The notes under the pieces are model-generated. The model saw nothing but the letters and a program-made list of their open reading frames with translations. It did not search any database and was not told the origin of the DNA. The position numbers and the translations under genes were made by a program. Below are positions 1-8,398 of a stretch of DNA of 32,000 nt, in pieces. Every line of letters begins with the position of its first letter. Within the stretch, counting starts at the first letter, position 1. The stretch is from Pyrodictium abyssi (lineage in GTDB: Archaea > Thermoproteota > Thermoprotei_A > Sulfolobales > Pyrodictiaceae). The stretch covers positions 1,920,001-1,952,000 of the forward strand of contig NZ_AP028907.1 of the NCBI RefSeq assembly GCF_036323395.1. Direction: 5' to 3'.

Positions 1-245
1 ATACTCTTAGGAATAATTCGTGAAGACACCAACTCTATACAGATGGTACTCCTCTTCCTATAGCGACTAAAGAATGCAACGGCTAAAACAAACAAACTTA
101 GAAGTACGTATGCATGTTCATGAAATCGTCTAAGAGGCTGCACTACTGCTAATATGGGGATCCCGAGCCCGTTCGCTAATAGTAGAGCGGCCACGGCTAA
201 GGGGAGAAGGGCGTGCCTTCTCAAGCCCAGCTGTTCCCGCAGCAT
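1..245 (-). CDS. partial hypothetical membrane protein (C-terminus outside window)
   Basis: Not in the supplied track. My own minus-strand translation from ATG at 243-245 stays open to the window edge (MLREQLGLRRHALLPLAVAALLLANGLGIPILAVVQPLRRFHEHAYVLLSLFVLAVAFF...). It has two hydrophobic stretches. Confidence 0.3.
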   Translation of the reverse strand, partial: MLREQLGLRRHALLPLAVAALLLANGLGIPILAVVQPLRRFHEHAYVLLSLFVLAVAFFSRYRKRSTICIELVSSRIIPKS

Positions 246-381
246 AGTCTCTGATTGACGTAGCAGATAGAGAGGGTTGAGCGAAAGCTCTGTACAAAGC
301 TTGAGACTAACGACAAGCCACAAACATTATACATGCAAAGAATACGGCAATGTGTTTGTAATGGCTGTAATTATCTTCTGC

Positions 382-747
382 CTAGGCTCTCGAGACTTTC
401 ACGTAGACCTTCTCGGTCGGTGTAAGCTCTAGCTTCTCGCTAGCTCTTATTATGAAGAGTAGGCCGCCTATAGAGATCAGTACGGCTTTCTTACCACCCT
501 CGTCTTTCATAGTAACCACGGTGCCACGTCCCACAAAGTCCTCCCCATCCTTATACTCGGGGAGACTCCTGGATACAGTTACCTCAACCTCTGTTCCGGG
601 CTCATAGACTACAAGGTCCTTATGGAGGTCCATCTCTACCTCGTAGTTACCGTCTAGGCTCTTTATCCGTGCCAGAAACATCTTAGGTATAAGCTCTGGC
701 TCAACGGACTCGACTCTTCCTTTGAACTCCACTATGGTGTCTGCCAA
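382..747 (-). CDS. rpo8: DNA-directed RNA polymerase subunit Rpo8 (RpoG)
   Basis: 121-aa beta-rich ORF with a TTG start. DFVGRGTVVTMKDEGGKKAVLISIGGLLFIIRASEK...KVYVKVSR matches my recollection of Sulfolobus Rpo8/RpoG (DFCGHGYIVTELKD...ISLFGLLVKIISNKE...HVYFCVKK). This subunit is specific to Crenarchaeota. Needs HMM confirmation. Confidence 0.6.
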   Translation of the reverse strand: MADTIVEFKGRVESVEPELIPKMFLARIKSLDGNYEVEMDLHKDLVVYEPGTEVEVTVSRSLPEYKDGEDFVGRGTVVTMKDEGGKKAVLISIGGLLFIIRASEKLELTPTEKVYVKVSRA

Positions 748-838
748 CCTCGTATTACACCCTGGCTGTATCGCGTGTATTAACAGAGCTAAAATTCTAC
801 ACCCCTATGCTGCTAGCAATAGCGGCCCCGAATAGCCG

Positions 839-848
839 TATTTAAAAA
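839..848 (+). promoter_or_regulatory. TATA-box-like element upstream of the Sm-like gene
   Basis: GTATTTAAAAATC lies about 50 nt upstream of ATG 899 in the divergent intergenic region between rpo8 and the Sm gene. Confidence 0.35.
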
Positions 849-898
849 TCCCAATTGATGCTACTAAGGGATGTGGTGCGGAAGTAGTGGCCTCAGTA

Positions 899-1345
899 AT
901 GGCCCCTTCTGCGGCTAGGCGCTTGCTTGCCGAGCTCAACCACCTTGTAGGAAAACGCGTTGAGATAATACTCGTTGACGGGCGCAAGTATTCTGGGACG
1001 CTTCTCGGCTTCGACCATCCAGAGATGAACATAGTGCTCAGCGACGTTGAGGCCGGGGAAGAGAAAATACCCAGAGTATTTATAATGGGGCGGGTTATAG
1101 CCGAGATAAGAGCCTACGAGACAACACTGTTCGATCCACGCGAGTTCGCAAACTACGTGGCCAAGAAGCTAGGTCTCCGCCCTGATGCGATAAAGGTGTT
1201 CCAGGACGCAGGTGTAGTAGTCATATACAACAGCATCCGTGTAACCGCAAACGGTGTAGAAGGGGCGGGCCCTCTAGTGGCGAAGGTAAACTACGTGCTA
1301 AAGGAGTATCTTGAGGCTAAGAGGAGGGGAGAACAGCCCCATTGA
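899..1345 (+). CDS. Sm-like archaeal protein with C-terminal extension (SmAP3-like)
   Basis: Sm1/Sm2 motifs are present: GKRVEIILVDGRKYSGTLLGFDHPEMNIVLSDV and RVFIMGRVIAEI. A C-terminal extension of about 70 aa follows. The track ORF begins at GTG 887, but ATG 899 (MAPSAARR) is preferred. Confidence 0.75.
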   Translation: MAPSAARRLLAELNHLVGKRVEIILVDGRKYSGTLLGFDHPEMNIVLSDVEAGEEKIPRVFIMGRVIAEIRAYETTLFDPREFANYVAKKLGLRPDAIKVFQDAGVVVIYNSIRVTANGVEGAGPLVAKVNYVLKEYLEAKRRGEQPH

Positions 1346-2913
1346 GCAGGGTAGGAGTTTTTGAAATAAGGGACAAAGACCTAGCAGGTAGAATAGGTAG
1401 ACTTCATACGCCACACGGTGTGCTTGAGACTCCGGCGCTACTACCAGTAATAGACATAGCAAGGCAAGAGGTGCCAATCGAGGATATAGAATCCCTAGGC
1501 TTTAGAGCAGTTATAACCAACGCTTACCTTCTCTGGAAGCGTATGAGGAGTAGAGCTATAGAGCGCGGCGTCCACGGCATACTAGGCTTCAACGGCATAG
1601 TGATGACAGATTCTGGCGCATACCAGATACTACAGTATGGAAAAGTAGACATAAAGCCGCGCGACGTTATAGAGTTCCAGAAGAGTATAGGCAGCGACAT
1701 AGCCGTAATCCTGGACATACCCACTGGCAACGCGAGAGACCCGGAGCAAGCACGCTATAGCGTCGAGGAGACACTCAGACGTGCACAGGAAGCCCTAGAC
1801 CACATAGACGATGATAGAATATGGACTCTACCTGTACAGGGAGGCCCCTTCCGCGACCTACTCGAGAAAAGCGCCAGGGAGTCGGCAAAGATACCACGCT
1901 ACCGGCTATACGCTCTAGGAAGCCCAACAGTTCTCCTAGAGAGGTACGACTATGCAACACTAGTAGAAATGATATACACAGCGAGACTACACCTCCCGAG
2001 AAGCAAGCCACTCCATCTATTCGGAGCAGGCCACCCCATGGTAATCCCCTTCGCAGTAGCACTTGGGGTAGACATGTTCGACTCAGCGTCATACATACTG
2101 TATGCACGAGACAACAGGTATATGACGCTGAGTAGGACATACCGGCTCGACAAGCTAGAATACCTCCCCTGCAGCTGCCCCGTATGCAGCAAGTACACGT
2201 CCAAGGATCTCCGAGAAATGCCCAAACACGAACGTACAAGATTACTAGCGCTACACAATCTATACGTGCTGAGGACGGCGATAAACGAGGTAAAAACCGC
2301 CATAAAAGAAGGCAGGCTCTGGGAGCTACTGGAGGAGAAAAGCAGAGCACACCCCTCGCTAGCAAAGGCCTTCAGCAGGTTCGCACGCTACAGCAAGACG
2401 CTTGCACGCCTCACACCAAGGGTCAAGGGGGCTACAACAAAAGGAGTATTCCTATACGGTAGCGAGAGCCTACACAACCCCAAGCTGGTCATCCACCGTG
2501 AGAGGCTGGCAAAGTACTACCAGCCAAGGAAGACCAGAGCCGTGTTAATACCAGTAGACCCAGCAGAGAAGCCATTCACATCTTCCAGGCTATACAGGGC
2601 TGCACTAGCAGAATATGGTGGAGAAGACACCCATATAGTAGGGTATAGCTTGTACATAGGCGTCATACCCGAAGAGCTTGCTGAGACGTATCCCCTTTCA
2701 CAGTACGAGCTGAATGATGCCGCCTACCCGGAAGTAGTAGAGCAATCAGCACGCTACATAGCAGACTACATACAGAGAAACAAGAACATATACCGATACG
2801 TAGTGATCACAAAGTGCTCCAAGATACGGTGGAGCAGCAAGATAGCAGACATTGTGGCAAGCATTCTAAAAGAGGCAGGCCTAGACGTGGAGACTAAAGA
2901 ACTAGAATGCTAG
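1342..2913 (+). CDS. tgtA: archaeosine tRNA-guanine transglycosylase, catalytic polypeptide
   Basis: 523 aa with TGT signatures MTDSGAYQ and LFGAGHP and the zinc site CSCPVCSKY...LALHNLY. The TTG start overlaps the upstream stop (TTGA). I recognise no PUA domain at the C-terminus. Confidence 0.85.
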   Translation: MSRVGVFEIRDKDLAGRIGRLHTPHGVLETPALLPVIDIARQEVPIEDIESLGFRAVITNAYLLWKRMRSRAIERGVHGILGFNGIVMTDSGAYQILQYGKVDIKPRDVIEFQKSIGSDIAVILDIPTGNARDPEQARYSVEETLRRAQEALDHIDDDRIWTLPVQGGPFRDLLEKSARESAKIPRYRLYALGSPTVLLERYDYATLVEMIYTARLHLPRSKPLHLFGAGHPMVIPFAVALGVDMFDSASYILYARDNRYMTLSRTYRLDKLEYLPCSCPVCSKYTSKDLREMPKHERTRLLALHNLYVLRTAINEVKTAIKEGRLWELLEEKSRAHPSLAKAFSRFARYSKTLARLTPRVKGATTKGVFLYGSESLHNPKLVIHRERLAKYYQPRKTRAVLIPVDPAEKPFTSSRLYRAALAEYGGEDTHIVGYSLYIGVIPEELAETYPLSQYELNDAAYPEVVEQSARYIADYIQRNKNIYRYVVITKCSKIRWSSKIADIVASILKEAGLDVETKELEC

Positions 2914-2934
2914 GAATAAGACAAGCCCTCCACA

Positions 2935-3681
2935 CTACATGTAAGCACGCTCGCTGTTTGGCGGCGTTAGCATCTCCCTCTGCTGCTGCTCCATCATAGT
3001 TATCATCTCTTCTACCTTCTTAGCCTGTTCAAGTAGCTCGTCAACGCTGAACTCTAAGCCGTATATCTCGTTTATCTTCTCTATAGCCACGGCGGCAGCT
3101 CTAGGATCGGGACGAGCGGCCTCAGTGTACGGTAGCACAGCAAGCGCCGGGTACCCTCTGACCTCTGCGTGGAAGAGGAGAAGCGCCAAAGGACCTACAA
3201 CGTAGAGGCCCTTATCCATGCGCGGCTCCTCGAGAACACGGCTATACGAAGAGGTGGCTATCCAGCGGAGCTTCTCATCGCCTTGCTTGAACCTCGAATC
3301 GAATCCTCCTATCAGCACAGCCTCCTTAACGCCTATGCTCTGGAGGAAGTCCACTATAGCCTCGGTAAAGCGGCTACGCTCCTGGACAACGGGTATGTCG
3401 TGGTTCACCAGGAGCACTATACGCTTGCCAGCACTCTCACAGCTATACAGGGTAAAGGGGCCTACAACACCCCGCGAGCTGGGTGTAACCGCCTCCGGCA
3501 TATACTTGGTTATAACGTAGCCCGCCTCACGGCACTCGGCTGTATCGGCCAGATGTAGCGTAGCGATATACCCTACAGCGCCGTACCCCTTAAACCCGGT
3601 TATAAAGAGGTCAGCGCCGGTAAGCTCTTCAGAATAGGCTATCCTGATAGTCTTAAACCGGTGTACAGCGAACCCGCTCAC
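2935..3681 (-). CDS. PAC2 (proteasome assembly chaperone-like) family protein
   Basis: The track ORF 2935..3801 overlaps the upstream gene. GTG at 3679-3681 directly follows that gene's stop (3683-3685). LFITGFKGYGAVGYIATLHL and LIGGFDSR fit the PAC2/DUF75 family as I recall it. Confidence 0.55.
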   Translation of the reverse strand: MSGFAVHRFKTIRIAYSEELTGADLFITGFKGYGAVGYIATLHLADTAECREAGYVITKYMPEAVTPSSRGVVGPFTLYSCESAGKRIVLLVNHDIPVVQERSRFTEAIVDFLQSIGVKEAVLIGGFDSRFKQGDEKLRWIATSSYSRVLEEPRMDKGLYVVGPLALLLFHAEVRGYPALAVLPYTEAARPDPRAAAVAIEKINEIYGLEFSVDELLEQAKKVEEMITMMEQQQREMLTPPNSERAYM

Positions 3682-3682
3682 A

Positions 3683-4207
3683 CTACTGCACCTCTCCCCT
3701 ACTGGCTGTACTCTGCTCGGCGAACTTACGTATACGGATAGCCTCGCCCCAGCACCCCTCCTCAAGTATCTCTTCCGGGGCGAGGCGGAGCCTGCCGACA
3801 CCTATTAGCAGCCCGTTCTCGTTCAAAACTATAACCTCGTCCCCTGCCAACAGCTCCGGGTCTAAGCGCTTAACCATCCAGCATGGAATGCTCTTACGCA
3901 GCTCCTCGGCCCCATTAGTAGCTATCCATGCACGGAGCCTAGGCTCGGGCAGCTTTAGGAGCCTGAGAGCACCGTTCACAGACAACGAGAACAAGTAGTC
4001 ATGAGCACGGATAACAGCTAGCAGTCCCTCCTCGCCATAGACCTCGCGGATCCTCCGCGTCCCCGGCGAGACGCCAACGACAGCATCCTCGGGTATAAGC
4101 AGGTCTCCAGCCGGGTAGCCAAACTGGTAGTCGGCAATACCCCTAAGACGGTCTATCTCCTCCCGGGTCGCTGGCCTGAGTATCATGCCCGGTATAGCCC
4201 CCAGCAC
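3683..4207 (-). CDS. PUA-domain protein (arcTGT C-terminal-like; second half of split arcTGT)
   Basis: PUA-like motif GDEVIVLNENGLLIGVGRLRLAPEEI. The N-terminal IADYQFGYPAG...RIREVY...LLAVIRAHDYLFSLSVNGA resembles the pre-PUA C2 domain of archaeosine TGT. An alternative start is MILRPATREE at 4186. Confidence 0.6.
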   Translation of the reverse strand: MLGAIPGMILRPATREEIDRLRGIADYQFGYPAGDLLIPEDAVVGVSPGTRRIREVYGEEGLLAVIRAHDYLFSLSVNGALRLLKLPEPRLRAWIATNGAEELRKSIPCWMVKRLDPELLAGDEVIVLNENGLLIGVGRLRLAPEEILEEGCWGEAIRIRKFAEQSTASRGEVQ

Positions 4208-4279
4208 AAACTCACTAGCAGAAACCAGGAGAGCAACGACCCACAGGAGCAGGGGTATATAGAGGATAGGAGACCGGAG

Positions 4280-4405
4280 TGGTGGGCCCGCCGGGATTTG
4301 AACCCGGGACCACGGGGTCCCGAGTCGGGCACACCCCCGCCTTCACGGCGCGGGTCCGGCGGGGCTGTGTGTACCCCGCATCCTACCAAGCTAGACGACG
4401 GGCCC
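4280..4405 (-). tRNA. tRNA-Pro: tRNA-Pro(CGG) with 49-nt intron and encoded CCA
   Basis: The reverse complement reads GGGCCCG TC GTCT AGCTTGGTA GGAT G CGGGG [49-nt insert, + coords 4325-4373] CTCGGGA CCCCG TGGTC CCGGG TTCAAAT CCCGG CGGGCCC A CCA. This gives a full cloverleaf with the anticodon loop C-U-CGG-G-A. Confidence 0.85.
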
Positions 4406-4635
4406 ACCCACGCGCCTCCAGGCTCCACTTTGGGTTCCCGGAAAGGTAGTGGCCAGTGTTATTTGCGTTTCTGGAGCTCCGCTCAATTATTTAACGTGTG
4501 TTGTTTACTAGAGTGTGTAGTGGTTAGCGTGTCGGTAGACAACGAAAGTATTTGTGGCCTTGGCTCTGGCTATGAGAGAGGCTGTACGACGGGTTTTTAT
4601 GGGTAAATAATGTTATAGATAACCTGGGAGAAGTA

Positions 4636-4992
4636 TTGCCTAGCAATATGACTGATATAAGCTCTCTTGCAAACCTGATAGAGCTGGCACAGACCAACCC
4701 GCAGCTGGCTACAGCCATAGTTATACAGCTCTTGCTAGGATTCGCAGCAGGCTACTACATGGCCAAGGTCGCGAAATACGTCATGGCGCTTGTCGGAGTA
4801 TTCGTGCTGGGCTCGCTTATAGGCGCATGGGGCGCTTCGGGGAGTGTTGAGGACGCTGTGTCAAGAATACAGAATATAGCTGAGTTCAAAGACATGGCAA
4901 TGAACATAATAAAGATGTTCGGCTTCCTAATGGTAGGGCCAACAGCTATAGGCTTCCTAGCTGGCTTAATAGTAGGCCTTACACGCAAATAA
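4636..4992 (+). CDS. small hydrophobic membrane protein
   Basis: 118-aa ORF with about 3 hydrophobic helices (LATAIVIQLLLGFAAGYYM, VMALVGVFVLGSLIGAW, FGFLMVGPTAIGFLAGLIVGL). ATG 4648 is an alternative start. An oligo-T run at 5006-5010 follows the stop. Confidence 0.5.
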   Translation: MPSNMTDISSLANLIELAQTNPQLATAIVIQLLLGFAAGYYMAKVAKYVMALVGVFVLGSLIGAWGASGSVEDAVSRIQNIAEFKDMAMNIIKMFGFLMVGPTAIGFLAGLIVGLTRK

Positions 4993-5297
4993 CCGCCTCT
5001 ACATGTTTTTGCCAGCCCTAGATTACCTGGGGCCTCTAATCCTTAAGCCCGGGAGGAATACAATGTGTGGCATCGCCTTCTCGGTAGCTGTCAACCCGAT
5101 AGCCCGGGGTCTGTTCCCGCATCGCAACACAGACAAGAAGACGTCATGACGCACTACGTAGCTCCAAGTCGGTGTCGTAGCAATTGGACGAGGAGCGCAG
5201 AGGCACAGGGGCGCAGTCATAGTAGCACTTACAAGAGACCAGGCTTGTGTGCAGCTGCGGTCACCAAAGCTGCAAGAAACCGGAACCTGGGGCCTGG

Positions 5298-5564
5298 CTA
5301 GATCTTGCCTTGTAGCTCGGCGTCCAGAACTTCTAGGCTCTTACACTTGTCCTTTATCGACTTTACGAACTCTATGCCCTCGTCAACATTGTCAAACACT
5401 ATCGTGTAGAGGTAGCGTGGTGTCCGCGCCTTAACCTTCAGAACCTTTATCCTCTTTGCACCCTCCTCTGTCTCAACTCTCCTATAACCTAGCTTTACAC
5501 GGCACCCACTAGCCCTCTCAAGCACCTTGATGAATTCATCCCTGCTCTTAAGCTCGACCGGCAT
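5298..5564 (-). CDS. rpl38e: ribosomal protein eL38
   Basis: From the internal ATG: MPVELKSRDEFIKVLERA...RIKVLKVKARTPRYLYTIVFDNVDEGIEFVKSI. This parallels eukaryotic L38 ([28 protein letters not shown]). The N-terminal 26 codons of the track ORF are probably not translated. Confidence 0.7.
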   Translation of the reverse strand: MPVELKSRDEFIKVLERASGCRVKLGYRRVETEEGAKRIKVLKVKARTPRYLYTIVFDNVDEGIEFVKSIKDKCKSLEVLDAELQGKI

Positions 5565-5750
5565 ACTCCAACCCCAACCCGCCCGGAAGCACCAGCTTCC
5601 CTCTTTAAAGGGAACTCCTCCTTTAGCTACCTTGGATGCCAAGAGAGTTTGAGCCTAGGAAGGCTGCATCCCTTGCAATGGGTCCCGGGGGGCAACATCA
5701 CGTTCTGATAGAAGAGTGCAGTGAGGTTGGGGGAAGGCCCGCAGCTGGGG

Positions 5751-5805
5751 TGGAGCCGCCGCCGGGATTCGAACCCGGGACCTCCGCCTTACCAGGGCGG
5801 CGTCC
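5751..5805 (-). tRNA. 3' fragment of tRNA-Thr(GGU), attachment-site copy, not a complete gene
   Basis: The reverse complement reads G CCGCC CTGGTAA GGCGG AGGTC CCGGG TTCGAAT CCCGG CGGCGGC T CCA, covering the anticodon arm through CCA. The expected 5' acceptor strand GCCGCCG and a D arm are absent upstream, where the sequence is the integrase 3' end. Confidence 0.7.
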
Positions 5806-5814
5806 CGTGGGGTG

Positions 5815-6708
5815 TCAAGCGTCGAGGATCCGGTTCACGAGGGGTTCTAGGGCGGGGCGGTACCATTTCTCGTAGATGTGGAGTATGTCTGCCTTGTTGT
5901 AGTGTTCCTCGAATACGTCTCTGGGGGCGTGCCCCTGGAGCAGCTTTATCGCCCACTTGGGTGTGCCGTGTAGTGCTAGCGCGGTTGCGAAGGCACGGCG
6001 GAAGTCGTAGACCGTGACCAGTGGCTCGTCCTCCCTCTGTACGCTGTGCAGCGTCTCGCGTAGCTTCGAGTAGCTCGGCGGCCTGACGCCTAGGCTCGCC
6101 GCGGCCTCGAGGCGGCTGTAGAGCCGCTCCGTCAGCAGCGTGGCGTAGGCCCTCTTAGTGGCCCGGTCGTCGAAGAGCCTGAGGCCCGGCACGGCCCCGA
6201 AGTGCCTCACGAGGCTCCTGGGCATGGCCCTCCACGCGGCGTAGGCCTCGGACGGGCGTAGGCCTGTCGCCAGCAGCAGCGCCAGGAAGACGCGGTAGTT
6301 GCTCGGCCGGAGCCGGGCAGCCCTTGCCGCCACCTCGACCACGCGCTCCACGAACTCCGGGTCACCCAGTACCTCGAGGGCGAGGCTCCGCGGGTTGCCG
6401 CCGGCCAGCCGCCTCCTCCGCAGCATTGCTGAGACCCATAGCCGCTTCTCCTCCCACTCATCCAGCAGCCCGAGGTACTCGGCTAGCCAGCCCAGCGCAG
6501 CGAGGACCTTCTCGCGCTTAGCCCTGCTCAGCGTCCGGACCTCGACGAGAACCCGTCGCCGGTCCTCGAAGAGCAGCCTCCAGTACCCCTGCTTCATAGT
6601 GTAGCGCATATAGTCCTCGACACGCTTACGGCTAAGCCCCATACCCTCCAGATACGCCCGGAACCCCTCCCAGTCTATGCTAACCATTTTCTGGCCCGCG
6701 GCTCTCAT
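5815..6708 (-). CDS. int: tyrosine recombinase / integrase
   Basis: 297 aa with motifs ATGLRPSEA (Arg I), YDFRRAFATALALHG (Arg II region) and LLQGHAPRDVFEEHY (His...catalytic Tyr). The stop TGA (5815-5817) lies about 10 nt from the tRNA-like segment. ATG 6687 (MVSIDWEGF) is an alternative start. Confidence 0.85.
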   Translation of the reverse strand: MRAAGQKMVSIDWEGFRAYLEGMGLSRKRVEDYMRYTMKQGYWRLLFEDRRRVLVEVRTLSRAKREKVLAALGWLAEYLGLLDEWEEKRLWVSAMLRRRRLAGGNPRSLALEVLGDPEFVERVVEVAARAARLRPSNYRVFLALLLATGLRPSEAYAAWRAMPRSLVRHFGAVPGLRLFDDRATKRAYATLLTERLYSRLEAAASLGVRPPSYSKLRETLHSVQREDEPLVTVYDFRRAFATALALHGTPKWAIKLLQGHAPRDVFEEHYNKADILHIYEKWYRPALEPLVNRILDA

Positions 6709-6889
6709 GGCTCCCGCCGTGGCGTATATGCTGTATTTAGCGTGCGTTATCGCTATCGGTAATTGTTTCTACTACAGCTATCTTCCAGCCGTAAATACGT
6801 TGTATAGAACATGTCCTTGCCCATCCTGCGGCTGGCCATGTGCCTGGAGGGAGATGGCGTAGGTTGGTAAAAACCGAGCCAGCTGGACA

Positions 6890-7135
6890 CTATGTTCTTG
6901 CCCTAAGCATAAGCTTCGATAAAACCAGAACTATTACCGCGAGCACTACGCCGCTTAGCGATAACATATCGCATGCTGCGCCAAGCAGGAGTAAGAACAT
7001 ACCATCCCTAATGGCTCTATAAGCTCGTTGTTTCGCCTCCTCAAGGTCTAGGTAGTCATCGAGGCTTTTTGCAAGCAGCTCTGTACCCTCTAGTAGGAAA
7101 ACCATGATGCCTATTGCTTCAAGCCCCTTACCCAC
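6890..7135 (-). CDS. hypothetical small membrane protein (possibly N-terminally decayed)
   Basis: 81-aa ORF with a GTG start. The same frame stays open 49 codons further upstream, to 7282, and encodes a hydrophobic stretch (YAILVGVIVAIIVYY). That extension contains no ATG, GTG or TTG. Confidence 0.3.
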   Translation of the reverse strand: MGKGLEAIGIMVFLLEGTELLAKSLDDYLDLEEAKQRAYRAIRDGMFLLLLGAACDMLSLSGVVLAVIVLVLSKLMLRART

Positions 7136-7301
7136 TGCATCAGGGAGGAAAAAGCTCCTGTAGTAGACGATTATCGCAACTATGACTCCTACTAGGATTG
7201 CATAAGAATACCTTGCTATGCGTGATAGAGGGTCAGCTAACAGTGAGAGTATCTCGCTTAAGCCTAGACCACCCCGTTCTATCTATGCACACTAGTCGAT
7301 C

Positions 7302-7625
7302 CTACACGTCTGCGAATCTTTCCTCTATTAGCCTCTCTTGTTCGTCTATACATCTTTTTACAGCATCTAGTACTCTGGTAAGGCATTGCTTAAGTTCGCT
7401 TGGTAGTTCCCCTTCTACCTCTAGCTTGTAGGTACAAGACTCTAGGTTGTCGTATTTTAGGGCACATGCATAGAACTCTGAAAGCTTTTGGAACCAATTA
7501 CTGCTCAGCACGTCTTTGAAGACCTTATAGCACTCTGGACAGCATTGTAGCAGACTAGTTTTAGATAGCGTCGACGAGATACATGAGCCTCGCGATGACC
7601 TTTTGAGCATATCTTGCAGATCCAT
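7302..7625 (-). CDS. hypothetical Cys-rich protein
   Basis: 107-aa ORF in the lower-G+C island with plausible composition and several Cys (CCPECYK, YACALK, ESCTYK, KQCL, KRCI). I recognise no family. Confidence 0.4.
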   Translation of the reverse strand: MDLQDMLKRSSRGSCISSTLSKTSLLQCCPECYKVFKDVLSSNWFQKLSEFYACALKYDNLESCTYKLEVEGELPSELKQCLTRVLDAVKRCIDEQERLIEERFADV

Positions 7626-7918
7626 GTTCTCACCTTCTCACGCAGGCGTATATAGAATAGCAGTGCATGCTTAAAGCAGCTTAGGGGACAGAGTTATGCT
7701 ATTACCTCGTGCTTGATGGCAGAGAAGTAGAGAGACGAAAGATTGTCTGTTAGTACTGTCCTCGAATGCACCAGTCCGTTCTGCTAATGCAAGCTTGTCT
7801 ACATAATAATCAGCAGATCCAAGATCGGACAAGTGGGCAGACTAGTCGCTGGGTGAAAGCTTATTGGGTCTGCGGACTAGTATTATAATGATGGAATAGC
7901 AAAGGGAGGAGACAACGC

Positions 7919-8263
7919 GTGATAGAGGAAGCGATTATAGGATTGGTCTCTGGCATGCTGCTAGGCCTGGGATTCGCTGAAGAGGCAAAACTATTGAGAG
8001 CTATGGGTACACTTCTAGAACCTATAGGACTCATTGTAATTGTTAACAGATATGTGAACTATATGAGCTACACTAGCATGGTCACTTTTAGTGGCATAGC
8101 TGCTACCGTTAACATGACCGTTAACATGATAGCGGATCTCATTCTGTATATATTCATCACGTTTCTAGGCTCTGCTATAACGGCAATACCAGTAAAGTTC
8201 CTTGAGAAGGGCGGGTACATGTTAGGGAGTAGTCTCCGAGGGCTCTATGACTATGACCTCTAA
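7919..8263 (+). CDS. hypothetical membrane protein
   Basis: 114 aa with a GTG start preceded by AGGGAGGAG and a TATA-like GTATTATAAT about 35 nt upstream. It has three hydrophobic segments. Confidence 0.45.
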   Translation: MIEEAIIGLVSGMLLGLGFAEEAKLLRAMGTLLEPIGLIVIVNRYVNYMSYTSMVTFSGIAATVNMTVNMIADLILYIFITFLGSAITAIPVKFLEKGGYMLGSSLRGLYDYDL

Positions 8264-8398
8264 GAAGGGCTGCCATAGACCTCTCCTTATCTGGCTCCTT
8301 TTTTGCCATGAGATCTACTTCTATAATGCTGCTCTCGCTTGATCTGATGCCCCCATGGACCCTTCAGAGTGTTGATACACGTTATGCCACCTCTGTAT

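Noticed and set aside
1524-2462. Five internal or antisense ORFs inside tgtA (1524..1730, 1775..2365, 1821..2135, 1950..2303, 2184..2462)
   Set aside because: They lie entirely within a gene that has strong family motifs. Their sequences are low-complexity or Cys/Arg/Ser-rich.
4183-4606. Track ORFs 4183..4428 (-) and 4298..4606 (+)
   Set aside because: They overlap the tRNA-Pro gene and its flanks, are Gly/Pro/Ser/Arg-rich, and have no translation signals. They are artefacts of the G+C-rich tRNA sequence.
5011-5298. SRP (7S) RNA or RNase P RNA in the gene-free region downstream of eL38
   Set aside because: I looked on both strands for the SRP helix-8 GGAA/AGCA motif and for the RNase P GAGGAAAGUCC and ACAGAA motifs, and found neither. 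It is kept only as a low-interest observation.
5636-6017. Track ORFs 5636..5875 (+) and 5721..6017 (+)
   Set aside because: They run across the tRNA-Thr fragment and antisense to the well-supported integrase. Their Arg/Gly/Pro-rich composition is typical of shadow frames.
5806-6100. Possibility that the tRNA-Thr at 5751 is a complete gene, perhaps with an intron
   Set aside because: The 5' acceptor strand GCCGCCG and a D arm are missing in the ~30 nt where they should lie. That sequence encodes the integrase C-terminus (LVNRILDA-stop). The only GCCGCCG further upstream (about 6075-6081, minus) is not followed by a D-arm-like sequence and lies within the integrase coding frame.
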